A DNA stretch of 64,000 bases from Betaproteobacteria bacterium (GTDB taxonomy: Bacteria; Pseudomonadota; Gammaproteobacteria; Burkholderiales; Burkholderiaceae_C): contig JADJWD010000005.1 of the NCBI GenBank assembly GCA_016716535.1, forward strand, positions 545,385 through 609,384, in the 5' to 3' direction. Numbering within the stretch: the first letter of the stretch is position 1; every line of letters begins with the position of its first letter. The translations under genes and the position numbers were made by a program. Of this stretch, positions 27,156 through 36,302 are shown one piece after another. The notes under the pieces are model-generated. The model made no database searches and was not told the origin of the DNA. It was given only the letters and a program-made list of their open reading frames with translations.

Positions 27156-28799
27156 ATGCAAGAGATCCTCAACCAAGTCCTGAGCGCCCTGCGCGGGATG
27201 TGGAAGTTCCGCTGGCCGGGGCTCATCGTCGCGTGGGTCGTGGCCGTCGTCGGCGTGGTGATCGTCTGGCGCATCCCCGACCAGTTCGAGGCCTCGGCGC
27301 GCATCTACGTCGACACCGACAGCATCCTCAAGCCGCTGATGAGCGGCCTGGCCGTGCAGCCCAACGTCGAGCAGCAGATCAACATGCTCAGCCGCACGTT
27401 GATGAGCCGCCCGAACCTCGAGAAGCTCGTGCGCATGGCCGACCTGGACCTGAAGAGCCAGTCCAAGGCCGACCAGGAGGCGCTGATCGAGCGGCTGCAA
27501 AAGGGCATCCAGATGCGCACCGCGGTCGGCGGGCACAACCTGTACACGATGTCGTACCGCGACGCCGAGCCCGAGAAGGCCAAGCGCGTCATCCAGTCGC
27601 TCGTGTCGATCTTCGTCGAGTCGGGCATGGGCGCCAGCCGCAAGGACACCGCCTCGGCGCGCTCGTTCCTCGACGAGCAGATCAAGCTGCACGAGGCGAA
27701 GCTCGAGGAAGCCGAAGCGCGCATGAAGGAGTTCAGGCTGCGCAACCTCGATCGCCAGAGCCTCGACGGCAAGGACGTCACCAGCCGCATGGTCGAGATC
27801 GGCAGCCAGCTCGAGGCGGCCCGGCTGCAGCTGCGCGAAGCCGAGCGTTCGCGCGATGCGGCCAAGCGGCAGCTGGCCGAAGCACGCGGCCAGGCGCCGA
27901 GCACGGCGCTGCCGAACCTGCTGGCGCCGCCGGCGGGCGCCACGACGACCGCCGCCGCTGCCGGCTCGTTCCCGACGCCGGAGATCGACGCGCGCATCCA
28001 GGACCAGCGCCGCAACCTCGACGGCCTGCTGCAGCGCTTCACCGACCAGCACCCCGACGTGCTGAACGCGCGCCGGCTGATCGCCGACCTCGAAGAGCAA
28101 AAGCGCCGCGAAGTCGCCGAGCTGCAACGCCGCGCCCAGGCCGCCGCTGCAGCGGCCGCCGCGGCCGCGGCCAACGCGCCGCGCACCGCCACGTCGCCGG
28201 GTGACAGCCTCGCCGTGCAGGAGATGAGCCGCATGCTCGCCACCGCCGAGGTGCAGGTGGCGGCGATGCAGGCGCGCGTCGACGAATTCAACGGGCGCAT
28301 GGCGCAGGCGCGCCAGCAGCTGAAGACCGCGCCGCAGATCGAGGCCGAGGCGGCGCAGCTGAACCGCGACTACGCGATCATCAAGAAGAACTACGAAGAC
28401 CTCGTCGCGCGGCGGCAGTCGGCGGTGATGTCCGGCGAGCTCGATGTCGCCACCGGCGTCGCCGACTTCAAGCTGATCGACCCGCCGCGCGTCGCGCCGC
28501 GCCCGGTGTCGCCCAACCGCGTGCTGCTGCTGCCGGGCGTGCTCTTCGCCGCGCTGGCGCTGGGCATCGGCTTCGCGTTCGTCGCGACGCAGGTGCGCCC
28601 GACCTTCGGCCACGGCGACGAACTGCGCCAGAAGACCGGCCTGCCGCTCTTGGGCATCGTCTCGGCGCTGATCACCGATGCCGACCGGCGGCGCGAGCGC
28701 GCCTCGATGTTCCGCTTCGTCACCGCCTCCGGCGGCTTGGTGGGCATCTTCGTCGCCGGCTTGATCGCGATGGTCGTGATGAACCGCTATGGGGCTTGA
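27156..28799 (+). CDS. Chain-length determinant protein (Wzz/PCP family, PEP-CTERM-locus EpsF type)
   Basis: N- and C-terminal TM helices flank a long coiled-coil periplasmic region, and the N-terminus is Wzz-like (FEASARIYVDTDSILKPL). Confidence 0.85.
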   Translation: MQEILNQVLSALRGMWKFRWPGLIVAWVVAVVGVVIVWRIPDQFEASARIYVDTDSILKPLMSGLAVQPNVEQQINMLSRTLMSRPNLEKLVRMADLDLKSQSKADQEALIERLQKGIQMRTAVGGHNLYTMSYRDAEPEKAKRVIQSLVSIFVESGMGASRKDTASARSFLDEQIKLHEAKLEEAEARMKEFRLRNLDRQSLDGKDVTSRMVEIGSQLEAARLQLREAERSRDAAKRQLAEARGQAPSTALPNLLAPPAGATTTAAAAGSFPTPEIDARIQDQRRNLDGLLQRFTDQHPDVLNARRLIADLEEQKRREVAELQRRAQAAAAAAAAAAANAPRTATSPGDSLAVQEMSRMLATAEVQVAAMQARVDEFNGRMAQARQQLKTAPQIEAEAAQLNRDYAIIKKNYEDLVARRQSAVMSGELDVATGVADFKLIDPPRVAPRPVSPNRVLLLPGVLFAALALGIGFAFVATQVRPTFGHGDELRQKTGLPLLGIVSALITDADRRRERASMFRFVTASGGLVGIFVAGLIAMVVMNRYGA

Positions 28800-28802
28800 G
28801 GC

Positions 28803-30062
28803 ATGAGCAGCAGCCTGATCGAGCAGGCCGCCAGGCGACTGGAGCAGCTCCGGCGTGCCGGCATCGAGGTGCCGAACACCGATTGGTCCGCGCTTGGCCC
28901 GCCGACAGCGCCAGCGGCGCCCGCGGCTGCGCCTGCTGCACCCGCATCGGCTGCGCCCGCATCGGCCGCGCCTGCTGCGCCTGCTGCGCCTGCCGCTCCG
29001 GCTGCGCGTTCGGCGCCTTCCGCGCCTTCCGCGTCGACCGCGCCCGCCAGCGCCGCCCGGCCTGCCGCGCCATCGCGGTCGGCTGGCTCGGCTGGCTCGT
29101 CGGTGGCCGGCCAAAGCGCCGCCGCGAAGGCCGCCCTCGCTGCCAAGTTGGCGGCCGAAGAGGCCCGCCGCAGCGAGCCGCAGCCGGCCTCGCGCCGCGT
29201 CGATCTCGACCTGCCGGCCATTTCGGCGTCGGGCATCGTCACGCCGAACGCGCCGCGCACGCGCATGGCCGATCAGTACCGCGTCATCAAGCGGCCGTTG
29301 ATCGCCAATGCCACCGGCAAGGGCGCGGCGACGATCAAGCACGCCAACCTGATCATGGTCACCAGTGCCCTGGCCGGCGAGGGCAAGAGCTTCACCGCCA
29401 TCAACCTGGCGATGAGCATCGCGGCCGAGCTCGACCGCACCGTCATGCTGGTCGACGCCGACGTCGCGCGCCCCTCGGTGCTGCGCGTGCTCGGCCTGCC
29501 GCCGAGCGCCGGGCTGCTCGAGCTGCTCGAAGGCAAGGCGCAGATGTCCGACGTGCTGCTGCGCACCAACGTCGACAAGCTCACCGTGCTGCCCAGCGGC
29601 TCGCCGCATCCGAAGGCGACCGAGCTGCTGGCCAGCGAGGCGATGGTGCGGTTGCTCGACGACATGGCGACCCGCTATCCCGACCGCATCATCATCTTCG
29701 ACTCGCCGCCGCTGTTGCTGACCACCGAGTCGCGCGTGCTCGCCACGCACATGGGCCAGATCGTCGTCGTCGTGCGCGCCGACGGCACGCTGCAATCCAC
29801 CGTGATGCAGGCGCTCGGCACGATCGAGGCGTGCCCGGTGAAGATGATGCTGCTGAACATGGTGCGGCACGAGAGTGGCAGCGGCTACGGCTACGGCTAC
29901 GGCTATGGCTACGGTTACGGTTATGGGGACGGCTACAACTACGGCCACGGCGATTCGGTGCCGAACGGCGTCAACACCGTCGCCGCGCCGGTGCCGAGCG
30001 TCCTGCCCGAGGCAGCCGCCCCTGCCAAGGCCGGACGGCCCGCCGACAAGGCCAAGGCCTGA
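28803..30062 (+). CDS. Bacterial tyrosine autokinase (BY-kinase, PEP-CTERM-locus EpsG type)
   Basis: Walker A VTSALAGEGKSFTAINLA, Walker A' MLVDADVARP, Walker B IIIFDSPPLL and a C-terminal Tyr cluster GYGYGYGYGYGYGYGDGYNYGHG. The N-terminus has an Ala/Pro low-complexity region. Confidence 0.85.
   Translation: MSSSLIEQAARRLEQLRRAGIEVPNTDWSALGPPTAPAAPAAAPAAPASAAPASAAPAAPAAPAAPAARSAPSAPSASTAPASAARPAAPSRSAGSAGSSVAGQSAAAKAALAAKLAAEEARRSEPQPASRRVDLDLPAISASGIVTPNAPRTRMADQYRVIKRPLIANATGKGAATIKHANLIMVTSALAGEGKSFTAINLAMSIAAELDRTVMLVDADVARPSVLRVLGLPPSAGLLELLEGKAQMSDVLLRTNVDKLTVLPSGSPHPKATELLASEAMVRLLDDMATRYPDRIIIFDSPPLLLTTESRVLATHMGQIVVVVRADGTLQSTVMQALGTIEACPVKMMLLNMVRHESGSGYGYGYGYGYGYGYGDGYNYGHGDSVPNGVNTVAAPVPSVLPEAAAPAKAGRPADKAKA
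29883..29936 (+). repeat. Nine tandem GGYTAY-type hexamers encoding the (Gly-Tyr)n tail of the BY-kinase
   Basis: Direct read: ggctac ggctac ggctac ggctat ggctac ggttac ggttat ggggac ggctac. Confidence 0.9.
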
Positions 30063-30063
30063 A

Positions 30064-31611
30064 GTGGCACGGGGCGTGGCGAGAGGCGCTTTCGCCGGGC
30101 TGGCCCTGGCCGCTGCCATCGTGCCGGCGGTGTCGCGGGCCCAGGGGGCCGAGGCGCCGGCCGCACCGGCGCCGGGGCGCGCCTTCACGCTGAGCACCGG
30201 CATCGGCTTCGAGGCCAGCGTGCTCAACGTGAGCGAGCGGCCCAACGGCAACAACGGCACCGAGGGTCTCGTGCGCGTGCTGCCGTCGCTGGCGATGGAG
30301 CACCGCGGCGGGCGCCTGCGCGGCTCGCTCGTCTATGGCGGCACGCTGCACGCGCGCCGCGGCATCGACGACCGCTCTGAAAGCGACTACGCGAACAGCC
30401 TCGCCGCCAGCTACCTGCTCGAGGCGATCGAAGGCGTGGGCTTCGTCGACGCGCGCGCCAGCGTCACGCAGCAGGCGCTGTCGGCCGTCGGCACGCCGGT
30501 GGGCGCCGGCGGCTCGGAGTCCAACCGCACCGAGGTCGTCACCGCGTCGCTGTCGCCTTACCTGCGCGGCCGGCTCGGCCGCTTCGCCGAGGCCGAACTG
30601 CGCGCCACCGGCGCCGGCACGAAGGGCGGCGACGCGCTCGCCGCCGACTCCAAGATGGCGGCGTTGTCGTTTTCGCTGCGCTCGCCGCGCAGTGCCGCGC
30701 TGCTGGGCTGGGGCCTGTCGGGCTCGCGCCAGAAGCTCAAGTACGAGGCCGCCACGTCGGCGACGACGAGCGACCGGCTCGCCGCCGAGATCGTCCTGCA
30801 GCCCGACATCGACTGGCGCCTGTGGGTCACCGGCGGGCGCGAGCGCAACGACGTGATCGGCGCCGTCGAGCGCGACTACGAGAACTACGGCCTCGGCATC
30901 CAGTGGACGCCGTCGCCGCGCACCACCGTCTCGGCGCTCGGTGAAGAGCGCTACTTCGGCCGAGCGCACCGCGTCAGCGTCGAGCACCGCATGCAGCGCA
31001 GCACGCTGCGCTACGCCGACTCGCGCGACGTGACCGGCGGCGCCGACATGCTGAGCGCCGGCCAGCCGGTGACGCTGTACGCGCTGCTCTCCGCCGAGTT
31101 CGCCGCGCAGATCCCCGACCCCGTGCAGCGCGACCAGTTCGTGCTGGCGATGATCCAGGCGCTCGGCCGCAGCCGCGACGAGGTCGTCGCCGGCGGCCTC
31201 TTCAGCACCGTCGGCGTCTCGGTCGTGCGGCGCCGTGAACTCTTCTGGACCTGGAACGGCCCGCGATTCACGCTCGCCGTCTCCGGCTTTGCGCTCGACT
31301 CGGAGCGTGCCGACACCGGCGGCTTCAACCCGGCCGGCCTCAATGACAACACCGCGCAGACGGGCTATGCTGCATCGGCCGGCTGGCGGCTCACGCCGCT
31401 GACTTCGATCAACGCGTCGGGCTCGCGCGCCATGAGCCAGGACACCGTGACCTTCGCTCGCTCCGACCTCAAGTCCGCCTCGGTGGGCTTGACCAGCCGC
31501 CTGGGCGTGCGCACCACCGGCGCGTTGTCGCTGCGCTACTCGGTGCTCAACGGCACCACCGACTCGTATCGCGAGACGGCGCTCACCGGTTCCATCAGCC
31601 TGCGCTTCTAA
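30064..31611 (+). CDS. PEP-CTERM-locus outer-membrane beta-barrel protein (EpsL-like)
   Basis: Signal peptide (GAFAGLALAAAIVPAVSRAQG), alternating beta-strand pattern and a C-terminal ...SISLRF. The GTG start at 30064 is inferred, just after the BY-kinase stop. Confidence 0.65.
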   Translation: MARGVARGAFAGLALAAAIVPAVSRAQGAEAPAAPAPGRAFTLSTGIGFEASVLNVSERPNGNNGTEGLVRVLPSLAMEHRGGRLRGSLVYGGTLHARRGIDDRSESDYANSLAASYLLEAIEGVGFVDARASVTQQALSAVGTPVGAGGSESNRTEVVTASLSPYLRGRLGRFAEAELRATGAGTKGGDALAADSKMAALSFSLRSPRSAALLGWGLSGSRQKLKYEAATSATTSDRLAAEIVLQPDIDWRLWVTGGRERNDVIGAVERDYENYGLGIQWTPSPRTTVSALGEERYFGRAHRVSVEHRMQRSTLRYADSRDVTGGADMLSAGQPVTLYALLSAEFAAQIPDPVQRDQFVLAMIQALGRSRDEVVAGGLFSTVGVSVVRRRELFWTWNGPRFTLAVSGFALDSERADTGGFNPAGLNDNTAQTGYAASAGWRLTPLTSINASGSRAMSQDTVTFARSDLKSASVGLTSRLGVRTTGALSLRYSVLNGTTDSYRETALTGSISLRF

Positions 31612-31620
31612 AGGCACATC

Positions 31621-32925
31621 ATGTACGAAGCCTTCTATGGGCTGAACGTCAAGCCGTTCCAGCTCAACCCCGACCCCGCGTTCTACTTCGCGAGCAAGCA
31701 GCACCGGCGCGCCAAGGCGTACCTCGAGTACGGCGTCTCGCGCAACGAGGGCTTCATCGTCATCACCGGCGAGATCGGCGCCGGCAAGACGATGGTGCTG
31801 CGTTCGCTGATCGAGGGCCTGCAGGGCAGCAACATCATCACCGGCCACCTCGTGACGACGCAGCTCGGCGCCGAGGACACGCTGCGCATGGTCGGCGCCG
31901 CCTTCGGCTTCCGCGTCAAGGACGTGCCGAAGAGCGAGCTGCTGATCACGCTCGAGGCGTTCCTCATCAGCCAGACGAGCAAGGGCAAGCGGTGCCTCCT
32001 GATCGTCGACGAGGCGCAGAACCTGACGCCGCGCGCGGTGGAAGAGCTGCGCATGCTGTCGAACTTCCAGTTCGGCAACCAGGCGCTGCTGCAAAGCTTC
32101 CTCGTCGGCCAGCCCGAGTTCCGCGAGATCCTGCAGCGCCCCGAGATGGAGCAGTTCCGCCAGCGCGTGGCCGCCACCTGCCACATCGGGCCGCTGGACA
32201 AGGAAGAGACCAAGGCCTACATGGAGCACCGCATCAAGTGCGCCGGCGGCACGGGCAAGCCGACCTTCGAGCCGGCGGTGTTCGAGGAGATGCACAAGGC
32301 CAGCGGCGGCATCCCGCGGCGCATCAACGGCCTGGCGGACCGGCTGCTGCTGGCCGGTTTCCTGGCCGAGCGCACGCACCTGACCGCCGCCGACCTGGCC
32401 GAGGTGGTGCGCGAAGTCAGCGCCGAGAACGAAGTGCCGCAACGCAAGCAGCCGCAGACGGTGGCCGTGGCGCCGAGCGGCGAGCCGCTGATGCCCGGCG
32501 GCCTGGCCGGCGCCGTGCTCGACCTCGACCTGACCAACGTCAACCTCGCGCCCGAGAAGGCCGAGGACATGTCGCGCCAGCTCGCGCAGCTCACCGCCGA
32601 GCAGCGCGGCGACCAGCTCCAGCGGCTCGAGCGCAGCCTGCTGCGCCTGGAGCGCACCAACTTGCAGACGCTGGCGCTGATGCAAAAGCTCGTCGAAGCG
32701 CTCGGCGGCCGGCGCGCTGCCGAACCTGCGGCCGCGGCAGCGACCGGCACGGCGGCGGGCACGTCGGCAGCCACGTCAGCGGGTGCCGCGTCGGGCACGG
32801 CAGCCGGACCCGCGTCGCGCGCCGGTGAGCTCCCGGTGAAGCCGTCCGAGAAGACCGATCGCATCGATCAGGCCCAGTTGCCCGACCGGTCGGCTGCTGC
32901 CAAGCCCGACATCAGGAAAAAGTGA
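31621..32925 (+). CDS. AAA ATPase, ExeA-like (XrtA/PEP-CTERM-locus secretion ATPase)
   Basis: MYEAFYGLNVKPFQLNPDP N-terminus, Walker A GEIGAGKT and Walker B LLIVDEAQNL. Confidence 0.85.
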   Translation: MYEAFYGLNVKPFQLNPDPAFYFASKQHRRAKAYLEYGVSRNEGFIVITGEIGAGKTMVLRSLIEGLQGSNIITGHLVTTQLGAEDTLRMVGAAFGFRVKDVPKSELLITLEAFLISQTSKGKRCLLIVDEAQNLTPRAVEELRMLSNFQFGNQALLQSFLVGQPEFREILQRPEMEQFRQRVAATCHIGPLDKEETKAYMEHRIKCAGGTGKPTFEPAVFEEMHKASGGIPRRINGLADRLLLAGFLAERTHLTAADLAEVVREVSAENEVPQRKQPQTVAVAPSGEPLMPGGLAGAVLDLDLTNVNLAPEKAEDMSRQLAQLTAEQRGDQLQRLERSLLRLERTNLQTLALMQKLVEALGGRRAAEPAAAAATGTAAGTSAATSAGAASGTAAGPASRAGELPVKPSEKTDRIDQAQLPDRSAAAKPDIRKK

Positions 32926-33051
32926 CGGCGCGCCCCGTGGCAAGCCTCACGGGCAGCCACCGGGGCAGGCTCCGAGGCAGGAGCGGCGAGGTTAAAAACG
33001 CAGCGGCGCCGCGGGCTGCGCCGGCCCCTCGTTTTCCTCGCGCCAACCACC

Positions 33052-33915
33052 ATGCTCGCCCCCGCGATCACCAACGCCCTGACGATCGACGTCGAGGACT
33101 ACTTCCAGGTGTCCGCGTTCGCGCCGTACATCCGGCGCGACGAGTGGGACCGCCGCGAGTGCCGCATCGAACGCAACGTCGAGCGCATCCTGGCGCTCCT
33201 GGCCGAGCGCGGCACCAAGGCCACGTTCTTCACGCTCGGCTGGCTGGCCGAGCGCTACCCGCAGGTGGTGCGCCGCATCGTCGACGGCGGGCATGAACTG
33301 GCCAGCCACGGCTACGGCCACGAGCGCGCCAGCGACCTCGACGCGCGTGCCTTCCGCGCCGACGTGGCGCGCGCCAAGCGAATGCTCGAAGACATCGGCG
33401 GCGTGCCGGTCGTCGGCTACCGCGCGCCGAGCTTCTCGATCGGCACCGGCAACCTCTGGGCCTTCGACGTGCTGGCCGATGCCGGCTACCACTACAGCAG
33501 CAGCATCTACCCGATCGCGCACGACCACTACGGCATGCCCGATTCGCCACGCTTCGCCTACCGCGTCGGCGCCGGCCTGCTCGAGGTGCCGGTCACGACG
33601 GTGCGGCTGCTCAACCGCAACCTGCCCAGCAGCGGCGGCGGCTACTTCCGGCTGCTGCCTTACGCGCTGAGCCGCTGGCTGATCGGCCGCGTCAACGCCG
33701 CCGACCGCGAACCGGCCGTCTTCTACTTCCACCCGTGGGAGATCGACCCCGGGCAGCCGCGCGTCGAGGGCATCGACGCAAAGACGCGCTTTCGCCACTA
33801 CGTGAACATCGCGCGCACGGAAGCCAAGCTGAAACGCCTGCTCGACGACTTCCGCTGGGACCGCATGGACCGCATCTTCCTGCCGCGGCTGCAGCAGCAA
33901 GCCGCCGCGGCCTGA
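33052..33915 (+). CDS. Polysaccharide deacetylase, XrtA/PEP-CTERM-locus subfamily
   Basis: NALTIDVEDYFQV N-terminus and a NodB-type fold (ATFFTLGWLAERYP...ELASHGYGH). Confidence 0.85.
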   Translation: MLAPAITNALTIDVEDYFQVSAFAPYIRRDEWDRRECRIERNVERILALLAERGTKATFFTLGWLAERYPQVVRRIVDGGHELASHGYGHERASDLDARAFRADVARAKRMLEDIGGVPVVGYRAPSFSIGTGNLWAFDVLADAGYHYSSSIYPIAHDHYGMPDSPRFAYRVGAGLLEVPVTTVRLLNRNLPSSGGGYFRLLPYALSRWLIGRVNAADREPAVFYFHPWEIDPGQPRVEGIDAKTRFRHYVNIARTEAKLKRLLDDFRWDRMDRIFLPRLQQQAAAA

Positions 33916-33929
33916 AGCGCAACGGGCCG

Positions 33930-34972
33930 ATGGCTGTGCCGACGATCGAACGCCTGCACGCAGGCGATGTGCAACAGGCCGCGGCCTGGGACCGCTTCGT
34001 CTTCGAGTGCCCGCAGGCCACGTTCTTCCACCGCAGCGGCTGGCAGCGTGTGCTCGAGCAGGTCTTCGGCCACCGCACGCACTACCTCTTCGCGGTGCAG
34101 GACAACCGCATCACCGGCGTGCTGCCGCTGGCGCACGTGAAGAGCCTCTTGTTCGGCAACGCGCTGACGAGCCTGCCGTTCGCGGTCTACGGCGGCGTGG
34201 CCGCCAGCGACGAGGCCAGCGCCGCGGCGCTCGAGGCCGAGGCCGAGCGCCTGGCGCTGCGCCTGGGCGTGCAGCACCTCGAGCTGCGCCACCTGCACAA
34301 GCGCCACGCCGACTGGCCGGCGCAGGACCTGTACGTCACCTTCCGCAAGCCCATCCTGCCCGACGAGGAGGCGAACCTGAACGCCATCCCGCGCAAGCAG
34401 CGCGCGATGGTGCGCAAGGGCATCAAGAACGAGCTGAAGAGCACGCTCGACGCCGGCGTCGAGCGCTTCTTCGCGCTCTATGCCGACAACGTGCACCGGC
34501 ACGGCACGCCGGCGCTGCCGCGCCGCTACTTCGAGCTGCTGCGGCGCGAGTTCGGCGCCGACTGCGACGTGCTCACCGTCACCACCAAGGACGGCCGGCC
34601 GCTTTCCAGCGTGCTCAGCTTCTACTTCCGCAACGAGGTGCTGCCGTACTACGCCGGCGACGACCTCGCGGCGCGCGACCTCGCGGCCAACGACTTCAAG
34701 TACTGGGAGCTGATGCGCCGCGCCTGCGCGCGCGGGCTGACGCTCTTCGACTACGGCCGCAGCAAGCAGGGCACGGGCCCTACGCCTTCAAGAAGAACTG
34801 GGGCTTCGAGCCGCAGCCGCTCTCCTACGAGTACCGGCTGTACAAGCGCGACGCCGTGCCGCAGAACAACCCGGCCAACGCCAAGTACAAGCTGATGATC
34901 CAGACGTGGCGAAAGCTGCCGCTCGGCTTCGCGAACTGGCTGGGGCCGTTTGTCGTGCGGTCGCTGGGATAG
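33930..34972 (+). pseudogene. FemAB-family protein, PEP-CTERM-system associated; interrupted by a 1-nt deletion
   Basis: The reading frame changes inside GGGCCC at 34775-34780. Frame A gives ...[11 protein letters not shown] and frame B continues [22 protein letters not shown]. The joined length is 1043 nt, one short of a multiple of 3. Confidence 0.8.
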
Positions 34973-34986
34973 GCGGCGCTGCGACG

Positions 34987-36302
34987 ATGGCCCGCATCCT
35001 GTTCCTGCCGCACCGCCTGCCCTTTCCGCCGGACAAGGGCGACAAGATCCGCTCGTACCACCTGCTCGAGCACCTCGCGGCGCGCCACGAGGTGACGCTG
35101 GCCACCTTCGTCGACGACCCGGCCGACGAGGCGCACCTGCCGGCCGTGCGCGCGCGTTGCGCCGAGGCCGCTTCGCCGGCTGAGCCGACGCGCGGCCGCT
35201 GCGCAGCCTGGCGGCGCTGCCGACGGCCGCGCCGATGACACTCGGCTACTACCGCGACGAGGGCCTGCGCCGCCAGGTGCAGGCGTTCGCCGGGCAACGG
35301 CGCTTCGACGCGACGCTCGTGTTCTCGTCGTCGATGGTGCCGTATGCCCGCGCCGCGCAGGCGGCTCAGGCCGCCCAGGCGCCCGCCCACCTGCCGATGC
35401 TGCTCGACCTCGTCGACGTCGACTCGGCCAAGTGGGCGGCCTACGCCGAGCGCCGCCCGTGGCCGCTGTCGTGGCCGCTGGCGCGCGAAGGGCGCACGCT
35501 GCTCGCCTACGAGCGCCAGGCGGTGATGCAGGCGAGCGCGTCGTTCCTTTGCACCGAGCAGGAGCGTGACCTCTTCCATCACCTCGCGCCCGAGTGCGCC
35601 GGCCGCGTCGACGTGATGCGCAACGGCGTCGACGCCGCCTTCTACAGCCCCGACCCGGCGCGGGCCTCGCCCTACGCGCCCGGCGAGAAGACGGTCGTCT
35701 TCACCGGCGCGATGGACTACTGGCCCAACGTCGACGCCGTCGTCTGGTTCGCGCGCGAGATGCTCGCGCCGCTGCGCGAGCGGGTGCCCGGCGTGCGCTT
35801 CTGCATCGTCGGCCGCAGCCCGGCGCCGGCGGTGCGCCAGCTGGCCGCCGACACCGTCGTCGTCACCGGCACGGTGGCCGACGTGCGGCCGTATCTGCAG
35901 CACGCCACCGCGGTGGTGGCGCCGCTGCGCGTGGCGCGCGGCATCCAGAACAAGATCCTCGAGGCGATGGCGATGGGCCGGCCGGTCGTCACCGCGCGCT
36001 CCTGCGCCGCCGCGCTCGATGGTGCCGCGGCCCTGGATGGCGAAGTGCCGCCGCTGCTGACCGCCGACGACGCGCCCGGCTACGTCGCCGCGCTCGAGCG
36101 CCTGCTCACCGACCCGGCGCACGCCGCCGCCATCGGCGAAGCAGGCCGCCGCCTCGTGCTCGCGGCCTACTCGTGGGCCGGCAGCCTGCGCGTGCTCGAC
36201 GAGCGGCTCGCCGAGGCGATGCAGCCGCGCGCCGAGCCCCGCCGGGCCGCGCCGCGCGGCGTGGCCGCCGCGCCCACCCCCGCCACGGTGCACGAGGCAT
36301 GA
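34987..36302 (+). pseudogene. Glycosyltransferase (GT-B, PEP-CTERM/EpsH1-system associated type); interrupted by a 1-nt deletion
   Basis: The conserved N-terminus [27 protein letters not shown] is in one frame. The rest (...[20 protein letters not shown] onward) is in the frame opening at 35184. The shift must lie at about 35184-35199. Total length is 1316 nt. Confidence 0.75.

Noticed and set aside
25605-30260. Very long alternative-frame or antisense ORFs, for example 25605..30260 (1551 aa), 40438..43821 (1127 aa), 36167..39223 (1018 aa), 14621..17617 (998 aa) and 29971..32685 (904 aa).
   Set aside because: Their translations are Arg/Ala/Gly/Pro-dominated with no motifs, and each lies opposite or out of frame to a gene with clear family signatures. 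This is the typical stop-codon paucity of very GC-rich DNA.
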